Below are positions 1 to 15,400 of a DNA stretch of 64,000 bases, one piece after another. Source of the stretch: Bugula neritina (lineage: Eukaryota > Animalia > Bryozoa); contig OZ037768.1 of NCBI GenBank assembly GCA_964035545.1, forward strand, positions 6,790,741 through 6,854,740, written 5' to 3'. Within the stretch, counting starts at the first letter, position 1; each line of letters starts with the position of its first letter. The translations under genes and the position numbers were made by a program. A model generated the notes under the pieces. That model saw only the letters and a list, made by a program, of their open reading frames with translations, was not told where the DNA came from and made no database searches.

Positions 1-409
1 TCTGTCTGAAAAGTAATTTAGGCATTCAGGCATTATTGTTTGCAATAATATGCACTACTTTTGAGCTTTGTGCAATACATCATTATTTTAATACTCTTAC
101 AAGTTTAACAAACTACTATCTATTATATGTCACATATTTTCTACAACCAATATTTACCTATGCATTATTGTTATATAGATAATTTGTTATAAGTGCTTAT
201 GCAGTGTTTTTGTTGTTATAACAATTAATTGCATATGAAGTATAGGAAAATGCCAACTTTATTACACTTGTAAATATATATGCACGCATATGCTGCAATG
301 TATGGTGTACTAGATATTAATGTAGTATATGTGTTACATAGAGGTATAATATGTTACAGAGTGTGTGATAGGTTTATTCATAAAAATAAACTTGTATGTA
401 TACTTGTAG

Positions 410-3400
410 GCCCTCAACATTTATGCCTTCCCAAGATCGAGAGATTATTATGAAGATTCTCTTATCTGCTGCATCAAAGAGAACCCAGAGCCAGTCATAT
501 TCAAGGTCAGCTGTCATGGCTGCCGGCCGGAACTTGAAGTGGACAAGAAAACACTGCAATTTGATAAAGTTCTCCTTCACAGGTACAATAAGCTTTCTGC
601 ATTTATGGATCACTATTGTGAAACATGTCATTAGCCCTCAATTTTATTTGCTTTTTTTAATACTCATGTTTGTAATGTGAAAATTAATTTTTGTACATAG
701 GTACAATAGATGCAGACTATTTCTTGAGCGGTTATAGGTTAAGTCTAACATGTTTAGTTAATAACACTCAGTAATAAAAACTGCATTATAATTATGATGC
801 AATCACTGTCTTGTGCCAGTTTGAACTATTTGACTTAATTTTATAGAAAAGATACAAAAACGTTGTTTTTGCGAAACCGAACTCTCATACCAGTGGGTTG
901 GCGTCTCTCAGGTCTAGAGAACTTGGGAGATGATTTTTCTGTATCACAGGACAACGGAGTTGTCGCACCTAACACCGAGTTTGCTCTGCAGGCCCACTTC
1001 AGAGCTACCAAACCTGTCATCACTAACAGGAAATCTATTAGACTTGAGGTACAGTCCAGTGATTTGTCACCATTTCACTCTTTTATTGAAAAGTCATTTC
1101 AAGTTATAGTTAAAATCCTAAATTAAAGCAGAATTAAGCAAAATACATAGTAAATCGATTTCATTTGATTGAGGATAAAATTATATCATTGCAAAGCTCT
1201 ATAACTTGTTGTATTATATTATAATAATCTTATATTTTATTCCAATTATAAATACAAATACTAATTCTTGCACATAATTATTTGTTATACAGTCGATATT
1301 GGCAGGGAATGTTTTGTTGTATTTTAGATCCTGGATAGTGACGATAATTATGGTATAGTTGAAGTAATCACTATTCATGTGCATGCTGAAGGATATGATG
1401 TGGCGTTAGATATGAGTTTTCCTAAAGGCACTGACGGTGGCATTGATTTTGGTACTGTCAGAGTTGGCGAGGAAGGAAAAAATCAACTGACAGTCAAGAA
1501 CAAAGGAAAATATGAGATCGCTTACAGGTAAAAAATATTTAACAGTTTTTAAATCAAGCATTTTATGGCTATATAGATGTCTCAACTGTTTTTGAAAGGT
1601 TTTTTTGTAATTTTTCATCTGGTAATCATCTCAATTAAATACTTTTTCACTAATACTATTCTTATTTGACTTAATTCTTTACAATATAATTATTGTTACC
1701 ATTTGGGGAGCTTCGCATGTGCCATTGATCATTTTGCTACTCTATCGAGTTAGGTTATATTGAATTTAGTTTAGTTGTATAAAAACTTTTATCAGAAAAT
1801 GCTGGTTTTCTATTAGCTTCACCTTGGAAAATGTAAGCGGAACCTCTCTACCTGACGTAGCCTCACTCTTTGTGGTCACTCCCCAGAAAGGCACTCTCAC
1901 CTCTACAGATCGACCTAGCACTGTGCAGATTTCTTTCAAATCCAACACTGAAATCACCATAAGAGATCTGCCTATACTTCGCTGTCAAGTGATTGAGCCT
2001 AACGTTGTTGAAGGTGGCGAGACGATTGCTAGCATACCTGTTAAACTTTCCGTCAAATCTCTTTTCAGCAAGTGAGTTTTGCTGTGGGTTGCACAATAGC
2101 CTGTGTACTATTGTAGAAAAAACCACTATTTTTTATAATTTTGCTTTGAAGTTGCTGTCTTTTTAGACTTATTCAACAGCCATTAGCTATTTTAGTAAAA
2201 GCATTTGTGACTGATAGTTTTGTTATACTAATTTCTACGTTTTTCTGAGATAAATTCATGAAAAAACGGCGAACTCAACATACAATATGCATTAGTTGAA
2301 TTTTTTAATATAAATTCATATTCTATATAGGTATACCATCTCACCTAAGGCTGATATAAACTTTGGCTCTCTTCTCGTGAACTTTAAAAAGACGAGAACT
2401 TTTACTATTGATAACACTGGCACATTTGACTTCAAGTATACAATTGTGAGAGCTGCCAAAGAAGTGAAGCGCTTTGAGCCTAAAACAAAGCTGTAAGTTT
2501 TAGGAAGTGATTTTTATGGCTGCTTTGTAAATACTGTGTTTTTGTAAAATAGAAGTAAGATTTTGACTGTGAAATTGTTAATCTTTTGAGAATTTCTGCT
2601 GAGTTAGGTTTTCAAGTGGTTTTATTTTTATTAAACATGTCAGCCAAAAATTTTTATTATAAATTTTTTTGTTCTTGGCAGTTGAAATTAAAGGCTTTGC
2701 ACTTTGTATACAGCAAAACTTTAGTGTATAAACTAATATTTTATTGTATGTGTTATATTATTCCTAGTTGTATGCTCTATTTTGTGTTGTTATAAGTTTA
2801 GTGTGACCATCTAATATCATTGATTTAAACTTCAGAATTCTTTCTTATTATTTTTTTCTAAATTGCACTTTAGAACTACAAAAGCCATTGATAAGTTGAA
2901 GTCAAGAGATGGCTCTAGTTCTGGTAAGGCCTCAGCCTTACCTGGTAGTCGTCCTCCCAAACGAGCTGACTCCATCAGGTATTGTCATCAAATATCCTAC
3001 CATAATTTACAACTGATGTGTGTGTGTCAACTTAATTTTAGTCTTTTTGTTTTTAAATTTAGATGTGTACATGAAGGTGTGTGGCTATCACAAGCTATTA
3101 GAAATTATATTATATTTATTAAATGAGCAGAAGAATAGCATTTAATTTGATAGTGCAGGTTTTTGTGACATCTGATAGTTATTTTGCACGCGGATGTACA
3201 TATGCATAATGATAAAACAGTTTAATTAATTATTTTATTAATTGTTAAAATAATATATATAATGACCTTATGAACTGTAAACATGTCACTTCATGCATCA
3301 TTTACCTAGAAACATGAAAAAATGTTGAATTATTTTACTTTTGAAACATTTCTAAATGATATTATTTCTTATGTAAAATATTTATGGTTACTGCAGCTCG

Positions 3401-6400
3401 CTAGCATCTGTGGCAACTACTAGTAAAAGAGGTATTGCAACAAGCAATAGTAAATTAACCTTTAAAAGGTAACAAAATCCTCCTTGGCCACTGTGATTAC
3501 CTTCTCTAACACCATAGTCCATAGTTGTATTGGAGAACATATAGTTATCCACATTTCCATTCATGTACTCCTTGCACTGGCTTGTTGTACACAGTATTAG
3601 GTGCACTACACTTTTCTCGTCACTCTTTTTTGGCTACTGATTGCAGAGTTGAATTACTCTAAAGGACTGTTGTACTTGCTCGTAAAAATCTTACCCAGTT
3701 TAAAAAGTTTTGAAAATATAGCTGATAAAATTATATATATTTTTATTTTGATAAAAGCTTTCTATTCATATAAAGTGTGATTTTGACTAAAATTTGTTTC
3801 TTAGTTTGGTATCAAAGTTAATTAATTGATGTCATATAATAAATATTAGCAAAAATTGAAAGTATAAAAAGTGTACAAGTAAAGAAAAATTGTGAAGTTC
3901 AACAGTTCTTTTTATCAAATTTTAGACTATCTATCCATGAGTTACTTAATGATACATTTTATGAATTAAAATTAGGGACATGAAGATGTATTGCCTAAGC
4001 AGTTTTGAAAATTGAGTATATTTATTAACCATTGTGTACTGGCAATGAAATCAACTTTTCTTCAATGGATTGTTCAAGCCAGCTGAAAACAACATAACAA
4101 TTATCATAAATATTATAAATATCTTATACTTGCTTCTTCTACTTATAACTTATGATAAATTCACAATTTAACTTTTTCCCAGACTTTTCGGCTTGTTGTA
4201 TATGTCTATTCCTAGTCAGTTGATCAAGAAAATAATATAATCTCTAATCTACTGAGAGCCTCGTAGTATTCAGTCATTCTGTTCTAAGGTTTCCATGTTT
4301 CTGCTTGTAGTCTGTACAATTATGTATATAGTTTAGTTATTAGCGAACATTTCCTTCGATATTTACAGCAGTGTACGTGCAACATTACTTCTGCCATCTA
4401 CTCTTAAAAATGTGCAACAATCACCATCGAGGTATATTTATGTAGTGAAGAATGATGATACTTGTTCTTACATGAGTCATGTTAAATATTGTATTTACTC
4501 ATTGAGTTATTTTGTGTTATTTTACTGCACAACTGTTGTTCAAAATATTATTTGTTAACATGTTTAAAATAATTATATTTGTTTAACAAATGAAATGCTT
4601 GTTTTATGGTTTAAGCATCCTTTTCCTCTGTACAGTTTTGTTATGTTTTGACTTGGGAGTGGTAACTACTTCAGTGTTCACCGAATTCAACTTGTCTAAA
4701 ACGTATGTTTAGTAAAATGGTATGTTATTGCCAGCATAATTATACGATTTATTAGGCAAGAAGTTGGAGGCACTGGTCCCGGTACAAATGCAGGAGGTGG
4801 CGGTGGTGGCCAATCTCGATTGCAGCTTGGAATGTTTACTATATTTCCTGCTTTTGGAATTGTCCTTCCTAATGGACATGCCACAGTTACAGTTGATTGT
4901 GCACCAGAAGCCATTGGAAAATTCGAGGAGGTAACATAACTCTTAGTTCTGTGTTTATTCTCAATTTGTGTGCTGCTAGGGTCTGCTAGGGTCTTCTTTA
5001 CTCACTCAAATAATTTGCTAAAGTATTTTCTGTCTGTAAAATTTGCAACTAGATTTTAGGTTTCACACATTCTCTGTTGGTTTACAGGATCTCAGTATTG
5101 AAATAACAGAACGAGATCCTGCAGATCAGCCCGGAGGTATTCCGTACAAATTGTTAGCTGAAGCCTGTGTTCCCGGTATAAACATTACCGACATTGGTGC
5201 CATATTTGAGGAGCACAGGATATGCCGAAGTCTGAATTTGTGGCAACAGACGTCTGAGGTGAGTTTGTCTTTCAGATATTCGGTAATGAAACTTCAGATT
5301 AACAATGTTTTATTTTTATGATATAAACAAGCGAGTAGTGAGTAGAAACTTTTGTTTCTATCTTTATAAAGTATAATTAGATGCATCAAGGTAAAAATCA
5401 CTTCTGTGTTTATGGCAGCGATGACTTGTTTGCCGATTTCATTCGTATAGCAGTATCAGGATATTGAAAATATTACTTTGAACTCGATATCTATTGAATA
5501 AATCAATGGTTTGAAAAATACTGCAGTTGTGAGTGCATTTCATCGAAAAAATGTATTGCGGGCTTTAGGTGGAGGTCAACAGTGTCTATGGAGAAGAGGA
5601 AAACCGCTTCCTTTTCAACAATGTCATTGTGGGCCGAAGAGCTAAAGCTAGGTTTAAGTTGTCCAACTCGCAGAAAGTGCCATGTGACATCACAATGGCT
5701 ATGAAACCAATGGCTGTGAAATACAGCTCGAAGACAGTCGAGTGTTTCGAGATTGAACCACCTCTAAAGGTTCAGATCCCGGCTCACAGCTACATCTACG
5801 CCACCTTGCTCTTCACCCCAACATGTATGTCACATAAAATATCATCAGCTATTATTTATTTTTATTAACAATAATCTTTTTAACTATTAAATTCTTTACT
5901 TGCATTCAACAACTCCAAAATATCTCCTGACATTATTCATGGAGTTATTTTTATGATTTTATATGCTGTGTGGGTTTTTTATTATTAAAAGTGTGCATGC
6001 ACTTTTCCAGCAATGCAGTCCTATAGCGCCATCTTTGAAGCTAGTATTGATGGTGTTTCTACTACACAAGCCAAGACTAAGAATCTAACATTTGAGGTGG
6101 CTGGAGATGGGAACCTTCCAAGAATCTCCATATACAGACCAAGTGTTAGGTATTGAGGCTAAATAGTTAATGTTAATGCACTGTAAATAAGTCATCAAGT
6201 TGAAATTTAGTCAAATCTTTTACTAAATATAATCTTGATTTGCTTTACAGAAATAAGAAAGGACAGCCATTGCTGTTGTTTAAGAAGAACCTGGTTGGCC
6301 GGTGTGAAACGCTGCCATTTGTGATTGCTAACGAGGGCTCTCTCATTAGTAAAGTGTATATAGATCTCATAGACTCAGATTCTGCATTCTTTCTCACTCC

Positions 6401-9400
6401 TACTGGCAAGGCTTTTGTCACAGACGGCTATGATAACAACGGTATGAGTATTGTCATACTTAACTGTAATATGTAATAGATGCAGTGTATGCTAGTTCTT
6501 AATTCTTTGCCTGCTTTGTATCAGCAGTAAATAATTTGTTGCAACATTTGCAGAGTTGCGATTGTTTAATGTGATGCGTTTTCTTAGGCGGCATGAAAAA
6601 GCCCCATACCTGCTCAGTTTTGGTTGGAGTTGGTGAGAAGGCCACATTTGACGTCACATACCAGCCGAAGGTGGTGGGTAGAACCCAGGCTAACATACAG
6701 CTTAGTGTGGAAGACAATCAGTATGAGGACTCACTGGTTCAGGTAAAGCTAACGCTAGCTATGATTGGTTGTAGTGGCTATTTACCTGTACAGAGCTTTA
6801 TCTCTTTCCTTGGATTGTAGTTATACCTGTGAGCCAGGGCTGTCTTGGAAGGGGCAGGAGGATAATTAACCCCTGCTACTATGTGTAACCTCTAGCAGCC
6901 CTGATTCATATATTCCGAAAAGTCCCCTAAATTAGAAATCTACAAGTTTAGTACTTTTGATACTGTTGCATAACACTTGCTGGTCTAATGGCAAGCAATA
7001 AGATTTTAGCCAAAACTGAAAATTGTAATTTCCACAGTTTCAAGACAGCTTGGCTTATCAGATCTAAAGAGTTTGGTTGACATAGGTGTATATTTAATAA
7101 TCCAGTGTTACATATTAGGTGATTTGCATGTATAGGAATATATTCAAAATAAAACAAATAGAGGTAATCCTATAGATAATCTGTCCCAACACTCATTTAC
7201 CTTGTGAATTACTATGCATTTTCATGTTTATATCTATTTATTTATATAATTACATCTGTGTACTACAGTAGCTATATTTATGTATTACAGTATCTATATC
7301 TGTGTAATACAGTAGCTATATTTATGTATTGATGTAGTTATATTTTTGTAATACAGTAACTATATTTATGTATTGCAGTATCTATATCTGTGTAATACAG
7401 TAACTATATTTATGTATTGATGTAATTATATTTTTGTAATGCTGTATCTAACTGAACTGTATTTATAAATTTGTATTACTGTATGGTTTGTATGCATTGC
7501 TATATCTAGCTATCTCTATCCGTATTTGTTGCAGCAATCACACATGTCAGTTACTATATTTATATGTCTGCAGTTGATTGGTGAAGGCTATCAAGATGAT
7601 GTAACATTAGACAACCTACACAGTGTTGTACAGGACACCGCTGACACCCAGGTGGAAGATGGCAGCATGGCTGATGACGATATCTCAGGTATGCAAGCTG
7701 TGTAAGATATTGTTGTTAATTTGTAGTAAAAGCAAATTATACAGCCATAGTTTCCGTTAGTTTTTTAGTTCTTTCACTCATATTTTGTAAGCACTGTTGA
7801 AGGAATTTAGCTTGCTATATTTTTAAACTAAGGTTCTGAAACTTTTCATTTGACCTACAAATCTATTAATAAGGTCAAGGTTAAGGCATTCCTGCCTTTT
7901 TTTGTTGGCTTTTCATCTGATTTAGCATCAGTACTTCCAATAATCATATAGACAAGAATTTAAAATGCAACTTTTGTTGGACAAACAAACCTATAGATTA
8001 TATTTGCAGCATTAATGAAATCAACATTGTAAATAATATTCACTCTTTGTATATAGCTGCCAAGTCTAACCTGATCAAGTTTGGAGACGGTGCTATTGGA
8101 GAGAGCAAGACTCTAACATTCACAATGACCAATCATTCACCAGCAAACTGCATCAAATTTGTATGGCCTGAACACTCAGCAGTAAAGTTTTCACCGACTT
8201 CTGGACATATTCATGCTGGCCTTCACAAGGATATGACCGTGACCTTCAAGGTCGATGAGCCGACAAACTTGAATGAGGAAAGCATCCAATGCTCTATAAC
8301 TCAAATCACATTTGATAAAGACATCAGTGAGGTATTACAGCTTTAAATCTTATTAGTGATTACCAGTTGCATAAAACTAGTTTAGTAGTTTTATTTTGAA
8401 ATTAAAAACGGCTTGTGTTCATGTAGATCTCAATAAATGCAACATTATGTAAAATTGTAAAACTGGCTGATTGCCATGTTATTTGTGTTCAATTAGGTGC
8501 CTGACTGGGATGATAGAATGAGAACTGTCAAATGGACTGATGCTGTTGGTCCAAATGATCGTCCCGCTAAACGCAAAGTTGTAGAAGTGGAGCCTGAGCC
8601 ACCAAGTAATGAAGTAGAGGGCTCTATGAGGTCTCTAGAGTTGCTCGTATCGGCTAATGCAGACTACTCCAAACTCAAGTGCAAGGCTGATGCTATCCAA
8701 TTTAAAGATACACTCATGTTTCAGACTCGGGTTTATGAGTAAGTCTGTCTTGTGTAATTGTCTTATATGTGTATAGGAGTTATGAATTGTCATGCAACAA
8801 ATCTACCATGTTGTGTGTACACATATTTTATTCAAATTACAGAGTTGTGCTTCAAAACAAAGGAACTGTGCGCCTAGATTACAACTGGCAGGTTGTGATG
8901 GAAGACTTCATGCAAGCATCGAGATCTGTGACTTTTGCTGCCGACACCGTAGCTGGTTCAAGAGCAGGTTCCATCACCCCTAGTGTGATTGGTGACACCT
9001 CTTTGCATATGCCTTTCTCTGTTGAGCCTGCATTTGGTTCAATTCCTGTTGGGAAGAAGGCTACTGTAAAAGTAAGTTGTGAATCTTTGAATTGTTTTAG
9101 TATATCAGATAATTATAAATTAGATTAATTATATTGGATAACTATAAATTTCAGTAAAATAATTTACTATTGAGAAATCATGAATATTATGCTATACACA
9201 AACAAGAGTATGTGTATGCCTAAAATAGTTTTATATAACAAACTTAAAATATTGACAGTTACAGGCCTGCTAGACGCATTATAGTTGTATATAAGAATGC
9301 TCATGCTACATCTTTCTCAACAGGTCAAGTTCTCTCCACTCGACGTGAATGAGTATGACGCTAGACTAGTCTGCACAGTTCCCAATCTGGAAGAAGGGAA

Positions 9401-12400
9401 ACAAGGCCCAGTTATAGCGCTAAAAGGACAAAGTGTACTGCCATATTGTCACTTTGAGTTAGCAAACTCAGACTATTTGAGCGGAGCTCGTCGTAACCCA
9501 GAGATGAGAGGACCAAGAGGCGCGCCACCGGGCACTACGCTAGACGCAAACACCAGAGTCATCGAGTTTCACAGTGTTGGTGTCGGCATTCGAAACACCA
9601 AGAAGTTCTTTATTGTGAATCCAACAATAGACAACTACAGCTTTAATTGGATAAATGATGATGACCCAGATCCGAAGATTACGCCCTCCTTCACCTGTGC
9701 AACACCTAAAGGTCAAATCAAAACCGGCAAGAAGCACGAAATACAATTTGATTTCCTTTCACATGATCTTGGCATCACGGAGTCTTTCTGGATATTTCAA
9801 ATTCCTGAACAAAGCATTTCTGTGCCATTCCTGTTGGTGGGAGAGACGAAGGATCCAGCGATAATGTTTGATCGGTCGCATCTCAACTTCAAGGCTTTGC
9901 TGATTGGCCACGAAGCAGTGGAAACTGTGTACATGGTAAACAATGAGGCTCAGCCTTTTAATTTTTCCTTTGAGGAGTCGTCATTCTTCTCAGCTGGATA
10001 TAAAGACAAGCTGGTAGTCTCGCCAGTCACTGGAGTTGTTCCACCAAATTCCAGGTACATAACGAATCCAATAGTATGTTGTCACATGCTGTTGTTATAT
10101 TATATATAAGTTATTATTGTCACTCAGTTAATGTCTTTTAAAACATATTTCTTTCCGGTTGTTTCAGGCTGCCTATTTCTCTCTGCTTCACACCAAATGC
10201 TGACTATGAGGTCAACTTCAATCTCAGCTGCAATGTGAAAAGAAAGATTGAACCTCTTAGACTAAATGTCAAGGTAAAGTCACCTACATTAGTTATACAC
10301 TTTACTCTAATATATATTTCTAATATATTCATGGGTCATGCACATTACTTTAACATATTCCTCACGTAAGAAATTAGTTTGTTGATACAAGATATGACTT
10401 GAACAAACCTTTTTAGGCTGAAGGGTACTGCATGAATGCTATGGTGGTATGTGAGGATTCAATGGGCTCTAAGATTGAACTCACTAGTGACGATGTCAAT
10501 ATCATCAAATTTAACAACGTGGAGATCAACGAACAGTCTATTAGAAATATCACAATCTTCAATGCTGGAAAGTTCAACTTTGACTACCAGTGGGAGCTGA
10601 GTGAAAGGTGTGTGAAAAGGTTTTGTTAGTTCAGAAATTACTTTGTTTTATGCCCAGTTTCACAAAAATCACTTAATAAGATATGTAATCTGCTACATAA
10701 AAAGTCCAAGTTTTTCAAAAATAGATTTGTGTCTACGAATTTCAGCACATCTAAATTGAAGCAAACAAATTTTTTTTTATAACATAATTGAAGCATCAAC
10801 TGGTCTGAGTGAAAATGATTAAATATTTTTGGTTCTTAGGCTACTTAGACAGAATGTTCCTCAAATGTATCTTACGTAACTTTTTACAGATCGGCTAGGT
10901 CTGGAAACTCAATCTCAATAACACCAGAATCTGGTGCCATCAACTTTGAAGACAGTGCTAAATGTCTGCTTACTTTCTTGCCAACCTCTAGAATGACTCT
11001 GGTTGGCTGTGAGTTGGTGCTAAAAGTAAGTCTTGATATATTCTCTGCATAATGTGATTTTGTAACTTGAAATTTGTATATATACGTTATTGTTGCCTAC
11101 TCATATCCTGCAATTGTGGTTTTGGTCTTTCTTCTTAATGATGCATTGTTTATTATGCTTAATTTGTTAAATTTTGGCATTATATTATTTGTTCTGTATT
11201 GAATTATTAGAACACTAGTGTTGGCAAGTCTTGATATTCTACAAGAATATTTTATTAGTTTGAGATTTTGAACTATACTGGCTGTAGCTTGATCAGTAAT
11301 TATAATATTATTGATATTTATTATTAATATTTTAAATAGGACTATATGTGTCACCTGATCATCATGAATGCTGTTTGTAGATTGCCCATGGTCCTACTTA
11401 TCACATCAAAATTACCGGTACAGGTGTTGCGCCTGCCATCCACTTTTCTTTCCAGCAGTACAACTTTGGACCATGCTTCATATATAAAGCAGGAATGCCA
11501 ACTCACTCTGTGGTACTGAAAGCTACCAACAGGGACAAGAAAGATATCAGGTATAGTGAAGCAGCTTTGCTCTGATCAACTCTTGTAGTCCCTCTCCTTG
11601 ACAAATAAGAACCCGGGCTAAAAAAAATTATGTTAGAATTCTCAAATTTGACTTTTGCCGAAACCTTTTTCCACTCTGTTCTAATAGCAAAAAGTCTTCT
11701 AACTAAACTTAACCAACTATTATCAAAATCATCTTGTGGTTTCTGGCAATTATTAGATTAATATATAAATTAATTATATAAAATCTATTTTGCAGTTTGG
11801 ATTGTCTCTTTGAACCAACGCAATATCTGCACCACGACTTTGAAGCTCAAGTAATCCCAAGTAATCACGCTGTGGATATCACCTTTTCTTTTTACCCGAG
11901 AGAAGCCACCAAGTACAGAGAAAGCATTGAGTTTGAAATTAATGGCTTGTCGAGACAGAAAATTGATATTCTCGGAACAGGAACGGAGATGCGGGTATGT
12001 GAAACTCTTCTGCATTCAATTATATTTTCTGGTCAGCTGAGGTAATGCTGGTTTCAAATTACTTTTTGTTGAAGTAATTTTGCTTTATTTTTGGTTTCTC
12101 TTTCTCCCATCTTACTTGTTTTTATTTAACTTTTTTTCATAAATTTTTTGAACTACAATAATCATTTAAAAATATATTATTAAATTTGTATTTCTAAAAG
12201 CTTAGATAAAAATAGACTTCATCCACTAAACTTTTTTATTTGGTAAGATAATTCTCGATATTACAAAGTTTATAATAACATTGTCTTCATTTGATCCACA
12301 TAACAATAGTACATACATGTACCTACACTTTCAAATGTAAAGATTGCAATTTTGAAACTATTCATACTTTCGTTGAAATTGTGGCTATAAGTATGCTACT

Positions 12401-15400
12401 TGTTAATACTCACAAGTTATCGTGCAAGACATGGTATATGAATGGTAGGTTGAGGTGGCAAATTCATCTCAGAAGAATACCAAACTTGGAGCATTGAGAA
12501 TCGGCCAGACGGTGAAGAAACAGATACCTCTAGTGAACAACAGTCCCTCCCCCATAACATTTCACTTGACCTTCACCCCAACAACCCCTGAACTTCAAGA
12601 AAGATCTGTTATGAAGATCTCTCCGACTCAACTCATCACGCTTCCCGCCAGAGGAGGAACATGCAAAGTGGATGTTGTCTTCTCACCCAAGTCTCGTGTT
12701 CAGCCGTTCACTGAAGAAGTGAGAATATGTTTTATTACTATCAAATGTTTAGTCACAAAGCAGCTTTTGTGATGCTGTTAATTTATATAATATTTATTAA
12801 TTTACAAATCTAAGTGAACTATTAGAATCTATAATATGCCAAGTCTGTAGATGTTAAATCATGTTAATCTACTATTGTTTAGGTGCTGATGGAATGCTCA
12901 ACGATGTCTCAACCAGTATTTGTTCTGTCTGGTTGTTGCCAAGGGTTAGAGATTGGGCTAGATACTGAGGCTATAGCCTTTGGCTCTGTTGTGCAGAAAA
13001 GCCAAAGCAGCAGAAAGTTGATAATGAGTAATACAGGTGTGTTGATAACAACAAATTAGTTGTATTTTGTCCAGAAGATAGTATAGCGACTTGTATTAGT
13101 CAATTCACTTATCTTTCAAGCAGTTACGTTTTATCACCATTATTACAATTTAATAAGCTTTAAGTATTTATGTTTCAATATATGTGCTGTTGCTAATTTC
13201 ATGCACTATTAAACACTTTAATTGAATAACAAATTATTAATTGTTGAAAAGTTACCTAACAGCAGCTTCACATATATAACTTCTTTGTTATTAATTCTAT
13301 ATTTATTAACTGAATATTTAGGAGATATTGGAGCTCGATTTAAATGGGATGCAGAAAAGTTTTTGCCAGATTTCTCTATAAGTCCAGTATCTGGTTACAT
13401 CTCACCTGGAATGGATGTTACTTTTGAAGTTCTGTTCCATCCACTTGACATAAACAGTGACATTCGCTATGAGGTATGGTTTAATGTAACATTTCTGTTG
13501 ATCATCATGTATTTACTATGTAGACGATAAAATGTATATACTTGTGTGCTTGTATGCTGTAAATGGTATATTTTCGACAGAAACTAAAGTGTATGATTGA
13601 GGGAGCAAGCCCACTAAAGCTAACTCTAACGGGCATGTGTACTGGTGTCCCCGCATTCAAAGAGGTACAGCACTTTAGTACTCATGTACGCAATAAAGAA
13701 ACAAAAAATCTCATTGTTATCAACCGAACCAACCAGCTATGGCAGCTCAAGCCTATCATTGATGGGGAATACTGGTCGGGTCCCGATTGGTTTGTCGTCG
13801 AACCTCAGCAGAGCAAACCTTACGAGCTCACTTACTACCCGCTCACCATGACACTTGAAAACCGGAAGCACCAGGTAAGTTTACCTGACGAATAACTCAC
13901 TTATTCCTCTGATATATTTGTTTCGTTATGAAAACAGAGTTGATTAATATGAGCATTACTTTATTATTTTTAGGGAACAGTTTTCTTTGCTCTGCCAGAT
14001 GGCAGTGGCTTGCTCTACAATCTGGTCGGATCGGCGACTGATCCGAAAGTGACCAATAGAATAACAAGGGAAGTGCCGTGTAAAACCAACGCCATCGAAG
14101 TACTTCCTGTTACCAATTGGCTAAAAAAGCCTCAAAGGTAAATGCTATAAATGAAATGTTATATTCCGCTGGTATAATTGGTTAATTTTCAAGGTTTTAA
14201 ATGGGACACAGTTGAAAAATCATTTCAAATATTTTATTTGGAAATTTAATAGATTCCGAGTTAAAATAGAAGCAATGAAACCAGACAAGTTTGATGCTGG
14301 CACAAGTGTTAAAGGTCTCGATTACATTGATGTACCGCCCAATGGTAAAAGAGATTACAAACTCAACTTCTATGCTCATAAAGAGGGAATCACAATGTGC
14401 AAGGTAACTGCTTAATGTGTTTGTCATTGTGTTTTTCCCAAATCTTGACTGTGCTGTGAGTCAGTTACAACATTTGAAACTTTGACATTAAATGTAAATT
14501 CAAATTCAAAATTTACTGCTTTTAAATATGGTTTTTTATCAGTGTTAGAGAGAATTATCAACAAGATGTTTCTGACAGCAATGAATAACATACATATATG
14601 CAGTTTGTAATTTCAGTAGAGATAAATGCTGCTTAACTTTAGAATTCCATCAATACATAAATGCTTTAATATAGTAGAATAGTGTCACTTATTAATTTTC
14701 AGTAATAGGGCTAATTGTATTTTTTATTACATTATTTTATACTTTGTACATACCCATATTTTACGTTCATGTGGGCTACATAAGCACTTAAGTACTATGT
14801 TGAAAATTTTCAGGTCACCTTTATAAATGAAGTGACTTCAGAATACCAGTGGATAGAAGTGGGTTTCAAAGCGGTTAAAGGAGGACCTATCGATCAAATA
14901 AAGTTGGCCACACCAGTTAGACAAAGCACTCAGTATTCGCTGGCGGTGAAAAACCCGTTGACCTCCTCTGTGACATTTACAGCTACGTGCTCCATCAATG
15001 AAGTGAGAATGAGTATAATGATAGTTTCTAAAATCCTTTTTGATTTGCTTATTCCATGCCTTTAGCTTTTGTTTTTCAGAAAATCAAATAACGTTAATCA
15101 AGTAGTGTTAATAGGATCAAGTTGATTTTATTGAATAATTTTAGACCTTGCAACTCTTAAATGGTGATGATGTTGATAATTATGCTACAAATGCGTAGCT
15201 TATGCGCATAATAATAATTATATATTTTAATGTTTCAAATGCAAGTCACATTGCGTAAAGTTCTTGCTCGTTCAAGTACTTTACTTGCTCTAAAAACTTG
15301 TAACGCAATTCAAATCTCAAGTCAACAAAAGTTAAAGCCTGACTTAATTTTTATTTGTTTAAGCCATGACTTGATTTGGCCAGTCATAGAAACTATTTCA

